Source: an uncultured delta proteobacterium (GTDB lineage: Bacteria > Desulfobacterota > Binatia > DP-6). From it: a DNA stretch of 64,000 bases. A program made the position numbers and the translations under genes. Where the stretch lies: the NCBI GenBank assembly GCA_963815115.1, contig CAWFFN010000012.1, positions 480,001 through 544,000 of the forward strand, read 5' to 3'. The notes under the pieces are model-generated. The model was not told where the DNA came from. It was given only the letters and a program-made list of their open reading frames with translations, and did not search any database. Of the stretch, positions 14,347 through 22,625 are shown one piece after another (positions within the stretch are counted from its first letter, which is position 1; the number at the start of each line of letters is the position of its first letter).

Positions 14347-14594
14347 CGCGAGGCGCCGGGCTGGGTCGTGCGAGACGGCCCGTCTGCGGCGGTCATGGGT
14401 ATGCGGACCCGGTGGGGACGTCCGTCCCCGCAGCGTGGCGCGTTGCCATCCGTCGTCGGGCCCGAGTGTAGCACGATGGCGGCACAAGTCAGGAGCGCCG
14501 GTCGGCGCCGGCCGCGGCACCCCGCGGGCCGCGGAAACCGGCTCCGCGGGTCGTGCGGTTGACCGGGGCCGGACCGGACGGTAGACGCACGGGC

Positions 14595-15005
14595 GTGAAG
14601 CGCCTCGAGCTCAAGCAGGTGCGCGTCTGCTCCAAGTGCGGCCGCGGACGCGCGGAGCTCGAGAGCCCGGACGGCGATCGTCTGGAGGTGCCTCTCGACG
14701 CCGCGCGGGCGCACGAGCTCTCCGGGCGTCCGGACGACGTCCGCTCGCTGAGCGCCCTGGTGCTCGAGCAGCTCGCTGCCGGCGGTGCCCGGCCGCGGGA
14801 GGTGGTGCTGGACGTCGGCGCGGCCGGCCTGCGCGCGCTGCTGTCGTTCATCCGCGGCGAGGAGAGCGATCTCGTGGCGTGCACGGCACAGGAGGGGATC
14901 GGGCTCGCCGTGCGCGGCGCGCTGGCCCTCTACGCCACCGACGAGGCCCTCGCCCTCGACCGCGACAGCGCGGGCGACCGCGGACCCGACAGCACCGTCC
15001 ACTAG
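14595..15005 (+). CDS. Bifunctional-nuclease (DUF151)-like protein, divergent
   Basis: Size and C-terminal pattern (GIGLAVRGALALYATDEAL) resemble DUF151; recognised by eye only. Confidence 0.5.
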   Translation: MKRLELKQVRVCSKCGRGRAELESPDGDRLEVPLDAARAHELSGRPDDVRSLSALVLEQLAAGGARPREVVLDVGAAGLRALLSFIRGEESDLVACTAQEGIGLAVRGALALYATDEALALDRDSAGDRGPDSTVH

Positions 15006-15022
15006 CGCTCGCCGATCGACGG

Positions 15023-16243
15023 TCATCCCGCGTCCATGCGGTATGCACGCAGCGCCGGGATCGTCGCGGCCACGATCGCGAGCACGACCAGGCACCCGAC
15101 CCCGCCGCTCACCACCGCGAACGGCGCGCTGGTGAGCGCGGCGACGAAGCCGGACTCCGCTGCGCCGAGCTGATTCGAGGCGCCGATGAAGAGCAGGTTG
15201 ACCGCGCTCACCCGGCCCCGCAGCTCGTCGGGCGTGGAGAGCTGGATGGCCGTGCTGCGCATCACCACGCTCACCTGGTCGGCGGCGCCGACCAGCATGT
15301 AGGCGGCCACCGAGAGCGGGAACCAGCGAGACAGGCCGAAGGCGATCGTGGCCAGGCCGTAGACGGCGACGCCCGCCAGCAGCGCGCGCCCCGTTCGCCG
15401 GATCGGCCGCCGCAGGACGAGGACCGCCGACGTGACCAGCGCCCCGATCTCGAGCGACGAGGTGAGCAGGCCGTACCCGCGCGGGCCTACCTGCAGGATG
15501 TCCTGCGCGAAGATCGGGAGCAGGGCTGCGGCGCCCCCGAAGACCACGGCGAACATGTCGAGCACCATGCAGCCGAGGACGACGGGACGGCGGCGCACGA
15601 AGACGAGCCCTTCGCGCATCGCGCGCAGGGACGGCGCCGCCCGCGGGCCCTCGGAGCGTCCGGGCCGGACGAAGGCGAGGGTGACGAGCGCGCCGCACAC
15701 GAGCACCACGTAGGCCGCGTAGACCGTCGCGATCCCGGCGGCCGCGATGAGCAGCCCCGCGAGGGCGGGGCCGGTGGCGAAGGCAAGCGCCTGGTTGGTG
15801 GTCGCGATGGTGACGGCGCGCGGGAAGATCTCGCGCGGCACCAGGGTCGGCAGCAGCGCCGCGCGGGAGGGGTTCTCGAAGGCGGACGCCACCGCGACCA
15901 GGAGGATGATGCCGTAGAGCAGGCGCACGGTCACGTGGCCTCCCGCCGTCGCCCACCACAGCACGCCGGCGCTCGAGAGCGCCAGCGTCTGCGCCGTCAT
16001 CATGATCCGGCGGCGATCCCACACGTCGGCCAGCGTTCCGGCGACGAGGAGCAGGCCGAGCGCCGGAATGAACTGCACGGCGCCGATGAGACCGAGGTGG
16101 AAGGCGGAGCTGGTGAGCGCGAACACGTGCCAGGCAATGCCGGCACGCAGCATCGTCATCGCGACCGCCGAGCAGAACCGGCTCGAGAGGTAGGCGACGA
16201 GGTTGCGCGACAGGACGGGCGGCGCGCCTCCATGATCGGGCAT
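15023..16243 (-). CDS. MFS transporter (EntS/MFS_3-like)
   Basis: About 12 TM segments, GTLADVWDRRRIM motif A, TPDELRGRV. Confidence 0.9.
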   Translation of the reverse strand: MPDHGGAPPVLSRNLVAYLSSRFCSAVAMTMLRAGIAWHVFALTSSAFHLGLIGAVQFIPALGLLLVAGTLADVWDRRRIMMTAQTLALSSAGVLWWATAGGHVTVRLLYGIILLVAVASAFENPSRAALLPTLVPREIFPRAVTIATTNQALAFATGPALAGLLIAAAGIATVYAAYVVLVCGALVTLAFVRPGRSEGPRAAPSLRAMREGLVFVRRRPVVLGCMVLDMFAVVFGGAAALLPIFAQDILQVGPRGYGLLTSSLEIGALVTSAVLVLRRPIRRTGRALLAGVAVYGLATIAFGLSRWFPLSVAAYMLVGAADQVSVVMRSTAIQLSTPDELRGRVSAVNLLFIGASNQLGAAESGFVAALTSAPFAVVSGGVGCLVVLAIVAATIPALRAYRMDAG

Positions 16244-16382
16244 CGTCGGGCGCTCTTTGCCCGTGTCGTGACCCGAGTAAAGGGGGCGGCGCGGCCCGCA
16301 GTGGTTGCGGGCCGCGCACGATGCGCGTATGCGCACGGGCGATTTGACGCGAGAACGAACCCTCACGATCCGCCCCTGAGCC

Positions 16383-17441
16383 ATGTCATACGACGATGCG
16401 CTCGTGAGCCGCGTGCTCGCCGAGGCTCGCGCCGACGTCCAGGCCGAGCTCGAGCGCGTCTTCGCGCGGCGCCGGCGGACGGGCTACGGGCCGCTCTACG
16501 ACCTCCTCGCGGACTACCCGTTCCGCGAGGGCAAGGGGTTGCGGCCGGCGATCTGCTTCGCCGCCTGCCGTGCGGTGGGTGGGCTCACCGGGCAGGCGCT
16601 CCTCTCGGCCACGGCGCTCGAGCTCTTCCACAACGCCTTCCTGGTGCACGACGACGTCGAGGACGGCTCGCAGTTCCGGCGGGGCAAGGTGACGCTCTTC
16701 GAGGCGCACGGCGTCCCCGTGGCGGTGAACGTCGGCGACGCCACCAACGTCCTGGCGCTCGACCTGTTGCTGGGCAACACGACGGCCATCGGCGTGCGCA
16801 AGGCGCTTCTCGTCTTCCGCGAGGTGGAGCGCATGGCACGCGAGTCGGTCGAGGGCCAGGCGATCGAGCTGGGCTGGATCGCCGAGGGCCGCTTCGATCT
16901 CGGCGACCGCGACTACGTGCGCATGGCCTACAAGAAGACCTGCTGGTACACCGTCATCGCGCCGCTTCGCATCGGCGTCCTGTGCGGCAGCCCGCCCGGT
17001 CCGCTCGCTCCGCTTGACGAGGAGCTGACTCCCCTCCTAGACCTCGGATTCCTTGCGGGCATCGCGTTCCAGATCCACGATGACCTGCTCAACCTCGAGG
17101 CCGACGAGACGCTCTACGGCAAGGAGATCAGTGGCGACCTGTGGGAGGGCAAGCGAACCGTGATGCTGTTGCACTTCCTGCGCACGGCGAAGGGCGCCGC
17201 CCGCGCCCGGGCACTCGAGCTGCTGCGCACGCCACGGCAGCTCAAACCGGCGGGGGAGGTGAGCTGGCTGCACGCGGCGATGCGGGAGCAGGGATCGCTC
17301 GACCACGGGCGCAAGCTGGCGGTCGAGTACTCGGAGCGGGCGCTCGAGGCCGATGCCGGCGGCCCGTCGTTCTGGCGGGACACCGAGGATCGGCGCTTCC
17401 TGCGTGAGATGCTGCGGTACGTGATCGATCGCATCAAGTGA
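16383..17441 (+). CDS. Trans-isoprenyl diphosphate (polyprenyl) synthase
   Basis: GKGLRP, first Asp-rich motif LVHDDVED..RRG, NVGD, GQAIEL, KKT, second motif FQIHDDLLN, GDLWEGKRT. Confidence 0.93.
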   Translation: MSYDDALVSRVLAEARADVQAELERVFARRRRTGYGPLYDLLADYPFREGKGLRPAICFAACRAVGGLTGQALLSATALELFHNAFLVHDDVEDGSQFRRGKVTLFEAHGVPVAVNVGDATNVLALDLLLGNTTAIGVRKALLVFREVERMARESVEGQAIELGWIAEGRFDLGDRDYVRMAYKKTCWYTVIAPLRIGVLCGSPPGPLAPLDEELTPLLDLGFLAGIAFQIHDDLLNLEADETLYGKEISGDLWEGKRTVMLLHFLRTAKGAARARALELLRTPRQLKPAGEVSWLHAAMREQGSLDHGRKLAVEYSERALEADAGGPSFWRDTEDRRFLREMLRYVIDRIK

Positions 17442-18013
17442 GAGGACGGCGCATGCGCGTGGCCAGCGATCCCCCCGACGAGCAGCGCGGCCCCTTCACC
17501 GAGCTGCTCCGCCTGCAGAGCGAGTTCCAGGCCCGCCTGGCCGACGAGACCCTGCGCTATCTCCGCCGGCTGCAGGGGGCGTTCGCCCCGGCTGCGCCGG
17601 GAACGGTGGTCGTGCCGGACGGCGACGGCGAGCTGCGGGCGGCGGGAAGGCCGGGCGATCGGGTGGCGCTGCGGCTCGAGGCCGAGAATCGGCAGCGGGT
17701 CCACTGCCTGGTGACGCCGATGCTGACGCCGCTGGTCGAGCGCACCGGAACGACGTGGTTCCCGGCCGCGGACCCGGCTCCGACGTCCACGCTCCTCGCG
17801 CCGGGCGAGGTCGGCGCCGTGGCGGTCGATCTGGCGCTGCCCGCCGAGCTGCCGCCCGGCATCTACAAGGGTGCCCTCGTCCTGCAGGGATTCCGCGAGG
17901 GTGGCGTGCCGGTCACCGTGGAGGTCGAGGGCGAGCCGCCCGCGGCGCCAGCGCGCCGCCGTCGCGCGAGCCGCCAGCGGTCGCGGAAGGCGGTGCGGAG
18001 GCGGCGGCGATGA
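17438..18013 (+). CDS. Hypothetical protein: N-terminal amphipathic helix, Ig-like beta domain, Arg-rich tail
   Basis: GTGA/ATGA coupling on both sides; LAPGEVGAVAVDLALPAELPPGIYKGALVL is a beta-sandwich-type pattern. Confidence 0.8.
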   Translation: MRGRRMRVASDPPDEQRGPFTELLRLQSEFQARLADETLRYLRRLQGAFAPAAPGTVVVPDGDGELRAAGRPGDRVALRLEAENRQRVHCLVTPMLTPLVERTGTTWFPAADPAPTSTLLAPGEVGAVAVDLALPAELPPGIYKGALVLQGFREGGVPVTVEVEGEPPAAPARRRRASRQRSRKAVRRRRR

Positions 18014-18588
18014 GCCGTGCGCCGACGAGTGGACGGGTACGGCTGGTCGACGCGGCCGCAGGACCAGGCCGCACGACGGCCACTCTGCTGGCGTCGCTCG
18101 CGGCTCGCCTCGGAACGCTTCACTTCGTCTCGGGAACGGCCGCCGTCGGATCGATGGTCGCGGGCTTTGCTGCCCTCGGTCGCGAGGTCGGCCGCACTGT
18201 CGAGGGTGCACGACTTCGGCGGGCCCTCGAGGCGAGCCGCGCCGGGACCAACGGCGACGCGCTCTGGGGAACGCTCGCGATCGGCGACTGGTCGTCGGGT
18301 CTGCCGCCGAGTCCCATCCTCGATCACCTGCGCAACGACCTCGCGCTGCTGCTCGCCGACGACCTCGAGGACACCCTGGCGCTGCTCCCCATCCCGGGCG
18401 AGGCGGCCGGCGCCCAGGCCTCCGACGACGACCAGCCGGCCACCTTCGCCGACTGCGTGCTCGGCCTGTGGGCGTTCGCGCGCGAGATCGCGCGGTCGGT
18501 CGACGCCCTGGTGAGCGCGACGCTGCCGCCCCCGGACGCGGTGACGACCGCACCGGAGCCCGAGGGCACGGGCCCGTTGCTGCGCTGA
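18010..18588 (+). CDS. Hypothetical, predicted mostly helical protein
   Basis: ATGA overlap at 18010; GC3-rich codon usage; ends 13 bp before the next gene. Confidence 0.75.
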   Translation: MSRAPTSGRVRLVDAAAGPGRTTATLLASLAARLGTLHFVSGTAAVGSMVAGFAALGREVGRTVEGARLRRALEASRAGTNGDALWGTLAIGDWSSGLPPSPILDHLRNDLALLLADDLEDTLALLPIPGEAAGAQASDDDQPATFADCVLGLWAFAREIARSVDALVSATLPPPDAVTTAPEPEGTGPLLR

Positions 18589-18601
18589 CCCCGGCTCGCC
18601 C

Positions 18602-19603
18602 ATGATCCAGGCCGACGCGCTCCGACCGCCCTCGCCGCTCGACTCGAACGCCTCGGCCTACAAGGACTGGCTCCACCTGAACGTGCTGGACCACGCCTCC
18701 GGCACCGTCGGCCTGGTCAACGTCTCGCTGCACGGGGCGCCGGACGACACGCGCTCGCGCGCCATCGGGACGGCGCTCCTCCACGTGCCCGGCGTCGGGT
18801 GGGTCGGCAACGTCGAGGCGTGCGGGCAGTCCGAGGCGCGGGTGGGCGTCGGCAGCGTGGCGCTGGCGCAGGTGGCGCTGGCGCTCGACTATCCGGCCGG
18901 GCGGGCGCTCGCCTCGGCACGCTTCCCGGACGAGGCCCTCGCGCTCCGCATCGCGGCGAGCGCCCGGGCGCCGGCGATCGACCTCGAGCAGCGGCTGCCC
19001 CTCGGCCCCGGCTGGGTGTCGTGGTACATCGTGCCGCGACTGGCAGTGGAAGGCGAGGCCCTGGTCGGGCAGCGGCGAATCGACCTCGCAGGCGCCAGCG
19101 CCTATCACGATCACAACTGGGGACGCTGGCACTGGGGCGACGATCTCGGCTGGGAGTGGGCCGCGTTCCTCACGCCGGCGCCGGGCCCCGCCTTCGTGCT
19201 CTCGCGCGCCACCGATCGCGCGCACCGTCACGTGGGGAACCCGGTGCTCGTCGTGCAGGTCGGCAAACGCCGGCGGACGTTCGGCGGTCGCACCGTGGAG
19301 CTCGACTACGCGGGACGGCTCGGCGGCCGCATCCGCCGGCTGCCGGGCGCCCTCGCGGCGCTGCACCAGGATCGCGCGACCCCGTCCCTGCCCGTCCGTC
19401 TCACGGTGCGGGCGGACGACGGCCGGGACCGGGTCGAGATCGAGTTCACGGCACGCGCCGCCGCGCAGCTCATCGCCGGCGACCCCGCCGTCCGGGGCTA
19501 CGGCTTCATCCACGAGATCGTGGGCGCCTTCGCGGCCTGCGGCCGGATCGGCGATCACGACCTCGCCGGCAGTGGCCTCGCGGTGCTCGAGCATGTCGAC
19601 TGA
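18602..19603 (+). CDS. CrtC/AttH/tocopherol-cyclase-like beta-barrel enzyme (hydratase or cyclase)
   Basis: N-terminal YKDWLHLN and central AYHDHNWGRW..WEW resemble motifs of the carotenoid 1,2-hydratase / tocopherol cyclase superfamily; beta-rich. Confidence 0.65.
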   Translation: MIQADALRPPSPLDSNASAYKDWLHLNVLDHASGTVGLVNVSLHGAPDDTRSRAIGTALLHVPGVGWVGNVEACGQSEARVGVGSVALAQVALALDYPAGRALASARFPDEALALRIAASARAPAIDLEQRLPLGPGWVSWYIVPRLAVEGEALVGQRRIDLAGASAYHDHNWGRWHWGDDLGWEWAAFLTPAPGPAFVLSRATDRAHRHVGNPVLVVQVGKRRRTFGGRTVELDYAGRLGGRIRRLPGALAALHQDRATPSLPVRLTVRADDGRDRVEIEFTARAAAQLIAGDPAVRGYGFIHEIVGAFAACGRIGDHDLAGSGLAVLEHVD

Positions 19604-20162
19604 TCCAGCCCTGCCGGCCGGGCCGCGGTCGCTCGGAGGGTACGTCGCCGCGCTGATCGACGAGCTCGGTAGAGGGGACCGCGAGGCACTGGAGCGCATG
19701 CGAGGCATCGTCGGCCGCCGGCGCGCGCGCATCGCACTCGACGGCGAGGTCGTCGACGTGGCGTTCGGGCACGATGGGATCGCCGTCGTGCCGGCGACGG
19801 GCGGAGCCGTCGACGGGGAAGGCGCAACCGATCGCCCGACCGTGCTCGGCCTCCTCGACGGTCACCTCGAGGTGACGGATGCGATCCTCGACGGCAGGCT
19901 CCACGTCCGCGGCACCACCGACGCCGTGGTCCGCATCTTCACCGCGATCGAGATACTGCTCGACGCCTCACCCCGCCTGCCGGCGCTCCAGCGGCTGTCG
20001 TCACACTTCCGTGCGAGCCTCCCCCGCCTGCCCCGCGCCGAGCCGATCGCCGGAGCGCCGGTGCGGCGCGCCGCCTGGTTCCCGGAGGAGCGGGCGGCGA
20101 GCGAGGACGCGGTGCTCGCGCGTCACGGCTTGCTGCCCGAGCCCGGCGACGGGGCGGCGTAG
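19593..20162 (+). CDS. SCP2 sterol/lipid-binding domain protein
   Basis: TVLGLLDGHLEVTDAILDGRLHVRG matches the SCP2 C-terminal pattern; overlaps the upstream gene by 11 bp. Confidence 0.7.
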   Translation: MSTDPALPAGPRSLGGYVAALIDELGRGDREALERMRGIVGRRRARIALDGEVVDVAFGHDGIAVVPATGGAVDGEGATDRPTVLGLLDGHLEVTDAILDGRLHVRGTTDAVVRIFTAIEILLDASPRLPALQRLSSHFRASLPRLPRAEPIAGAPVRRAAWFPEERAASEDAVLARHGLLPEPGDGAA

Positions 20163-20163
20163 G

Positions 20164-20192
20164 TTGACGCTGTCCATGGCCGGTGCGATGAT
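20164..20192 (+). promoter_or_regulatory. Possible internal sigma70 promoter before the second half of the operon
   Basis: TTGACG-17 bp-GATGAT with an extended TG, in the only sizeable gap (59 bp) of the operon; GGAGG RBS before 20222. Confidence 0.45.
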
Positions 20193-20221
20193 CTCGTGCA
20201 CCTGACCGGCCGGAGGAAGTC

Positions 20222-20671
20222 ATGGGCGTCCCATCGACACTCCACATCGACATCTCCCACCTGCCCAACGTGGCGGTCACCGGCATCGGGCCCATCGGAT
20301 CCGTCGGACCGGTGACCGTCGCCGGAATCCCGGACCACTTCCACATCAGCATCGACAAGCTGCCGGACACGATCCCGAAGATCCAGCTCGGGATCGATCC
20401 CCTCGAAGTGAAGCCGCTGTCGATCGCGCTGTCGGTGAAGGAGATGCCCTCGATCCGGGGCCATCTCCCGGCGGACTTCACCGTCGGGCTGTCGCTGCTC
20501 GGCCTCGAGCTGCTGTGCGTGCGCCTGTGCGGCGAGGCCCAGATCATCACCGAGCCCTACCAGCCGAATCCATGCGAGCGCTGTGGCGAGACGTTGCGAC
20601 CCGTGCCGCTCCCTCCTCCGGTGGCAACGGTGCCGGGGGGTGACGCGGGCACGAGGCGCGGCCGGAGCTGA
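20222..20671 (+). CDS. Hypothetical beta-rich protein with C-terminal Cys motifs
   Basis: GGAGG RBS; Ile/Val/Pro/Gly-rich internal repeat; CVRLCGE and NPCERCG. Confidence 0.8.
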   Translation: MGVPSTLHIDISHLPNVAVTGIGPIGSVGPVTVAGIPDHFHISIDKLPDTIPKIQLGIDPLEVKPLSIALSVKEMPSIRGHLPADFTVGLSLLGLELLCVRLCGEAQIITEPYQPNPCERCGETLRPVPLPPPVATVPGGDAGTRRGRS

Positions 20672-20674
20672 GCA

Positions 20675-21406
20675 GTGGCTGCGGTTTCGGACCGCTCGTC
20701 TGCCGTCCGCCTCCGGGGACACCCCGGCGGCCTGGCAGGACATCTCGTCTGGCCCGAGGTCGGACCGCAGCTGGTCACGGTGCAGCTGGCCCTCGGCGAG
20801 CCCAAGGAGACGCCGGTGGTCGCACACGTCCTGCCCGTCGGCGGCAAGGGACTGTGCAGCCTGGAGATCACCCTCCCCACCTGGACACCGCCGGGCAGCT
20901 ACCAGGGCACGGTGCGCGTCGGCGACGAGGAGCGTCGCATCGTGGTCGACGTCGAGCCGCGAGCGCGGCTGCAGGTCGCGCCGCGCCTGCTCTCCCTGCG
21001 AGGGCGCCCGAAGGACAGGGTGCAGGCGGAGGTGCAGCTCTCGAATGTCGGCAACGTGGCGACGGAGGTGCGAGGCGCCTACCTCTTCGCGCTCTACGAC
21101 CCGTCGACGCTCGAGCGTGCCACCGCGCGCGCGTTCGTGTCCGGGGGAACGACGAGTCTCGAGTTCGGCGACGAGATGGTCGCAGGGCTCCGGGAGGGAT
21201 TCGCCGGCATGGTGCGGCTCAAGGTGGATGCGGGCGCAGGGCCGCTCGAGCCGGGGGACGGCCGATCGCTCCAGGTCACCCTGCATCTTCCGGAGGGGCT
21301 GCGATCGGGGCAGACGTACGAGGGGACCTGGCGGATCGACAGCCTGGGCTACAACATCGAGGTGGAGGCCGCAGACGGCACGGCTCCCGAGGAGACGCCG
21401 AGATGA
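20675..21406 (+). CDS. Hypothetical protein with two Ig-like beta-sandwich modules
   Basis: LPTWTPPGSYQGTVRV and LEPGDGRSLQVTLHLPEGLRSGQTYEGTWRI; LSNVGN; no signal peptide. Confidence 0.8.
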   Translation: MAAVSDRSSAVRLRGHPGGLAGHLVWPEVGPQLVTVQLALGEPKETPVVAHVLPVGGKGLCSLEITLPTWTPPGSYQGTVRVGDEERRIVVDVEPRARLQVAPRLLSLRGRPKDRVQAEVQLSNVGNVATEVRGAYLFALYDPSTLERATARAFVSGGTTSLEFGDEMVAGLREGFAGMVRLKVDAGAGPLEPGDGRSLQVTLHLPEGLRSGQTYEGTWRIDSLGYNIEVEAADGTAPEETPR

Positions 21407-22045
21407 ACGGATCGCAGAGCGACAACCCGCTGGCGGGCATCTCCCAGCTGTTCACCGATCTGATCGACCAAGGCGTGCGCATGGGGTCCGACATCCTCGA
21501 CTCGCTGGGCAGCGGGCCTCTCGGCCAGCTCGCCGGGTCGATGCAGAAGATGCAGATGCCGTCCCCGCCGAAGCGCTGCGGCTGCGACATCCCGCCCCCG
21601 TGCTGGATGCCGAAGCCGCTCGGCGATCTCACCAGCCACGTCTGCCCCGGTGGAGCGGCCACCCTCCGGTTTCTGGTGACGAACTGCGGGCTCACGCCGC
21701 GTGTCGTGCACGTGCAGGCGACCGGCGCCTCGGCTGGCAAGGTGACGATCACGCCGGCCACGGCGACCATCGAGCCGTTCGAGCAGGTCGCCTTCGTGGC
21801 CTCGCTGGCGGTGCCCGCGGACGCGAGCGAGTGCCAGGCGGAGCACGTGCTCCTGTGGGTCCGGGGCTGTCACCTCCACTACCTCCGCTGGGCGGTCGAC
21901 GTCCGCTCGCGGGGCGGCCACGCGTGCCACGAGATCTGCGTCCAGGACTGCCCGGGATCTGGTGCATCACTGGTACGATCACTTCTACTGTCCGCGCCCG
22001 TGTCCGCACGAGCAGCAGCAGACGCCCGGGCGGACCCATGGCTGA
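21403..22045 (+). CDS. Cys/His-rich hypothetical protein (about 213 aa after correcting a frameshift at 21954-21956)
   Basis: ATGA overlap at the start. Removing one G gives ...CHEICVQDCPDLVHHWYDHFYCPRPCPHEQQQTPGRTHG*, with a stop overlapping the next ATG (ATGGCTGA). Confidence 0.75.
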
Positions 22046-22625
22046 TCCGGTCGGGCTCGACCAGGCCATGCGCCGGGCCCTCGAGGCCAACGCGCGCTAC
22101 TACGAGGCGCTCGGGCAGGTGACGGCCGACTACCTGAAGAGCCTTCTCGGCGTGCTCGGTGAGCTGCGCCTGCCGGCGCGCTTCGACGTGCAGGGGGCGT
22201 CGCCCGCGGCGCCTGCAGCGCCGCCGGCTCCGGCGCCCGCGATGGTGCTGGAGGCTGCCACCGGGGACGACGCGGCCGGTGCGTTCATGGTCCAGAACCG
22301 CCTGACGCAGAAGGTCGCGGCCCCGGTGGTGGCGTCGGCGTTTCTCGATCCGTCGGGGAACGAGGCGCGGCCCATACTCGCCTTCGATCCCGACGTCGTC
22401 GCGCTCGACCCTGGCGAGCAGATCCTGGTGCGCGTCACGGCCCGTGTCGACGACCGCCTCGAGCCGGGCGTCGCCTATCGCGGCGAGGTGACCATCCCCG
22501 GGCTCTCGGGCGATCGCATCCAGCTCGTGGTCCGCCGCCGTGCCGCCGCCAACGGCGGCGACGGCGCCGCGCCGCCCAGGCGGCGGCGCAAGGGGCACGG
22601 GCGCCGCGCCACGCGCGCGCGCTGA
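22038..22625 (+). CDS. Hypothetical protein, probable paralog of 17438..18013
   Basis: N-terminal helix, Ala/Pro linker, LDPGEQILVRV...LEPGVAYRGEVTIPG, Arg-rich tail; TGATG coupling to the next gene. Confidence 0.8.
   Translation: MADPVGLDQAMRRALEANARYYEALGQVTADYLKSLLGVLGELRLPARFDVQGASPAAPAAPPAPAPAMVLEAATGDDAAGAFMVQNRLTQKVAAPVVASAFLDPSGNEARPILAFDPDVVALDPGEQILVRVTARVDDRLEPGVAYRGEVTIPGLSGDRIQLVVRRRAAANGGDGAAPPRRRRKGHGRRATRAR

Noticed and set aside
14495-14580. GC-rich inverted repeats in intergenic DNA (also about 13025-13065)
   Set aside because: There is no U-tract and no recurrence elsewhere in the window. Such hairpins arise by chance at this GC content.
16344-16369. TTGACG...CACGAT as the promoter of the isoprenoid operon
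   Set aside because: The spacer is only 14 bp, so it is not supportable.
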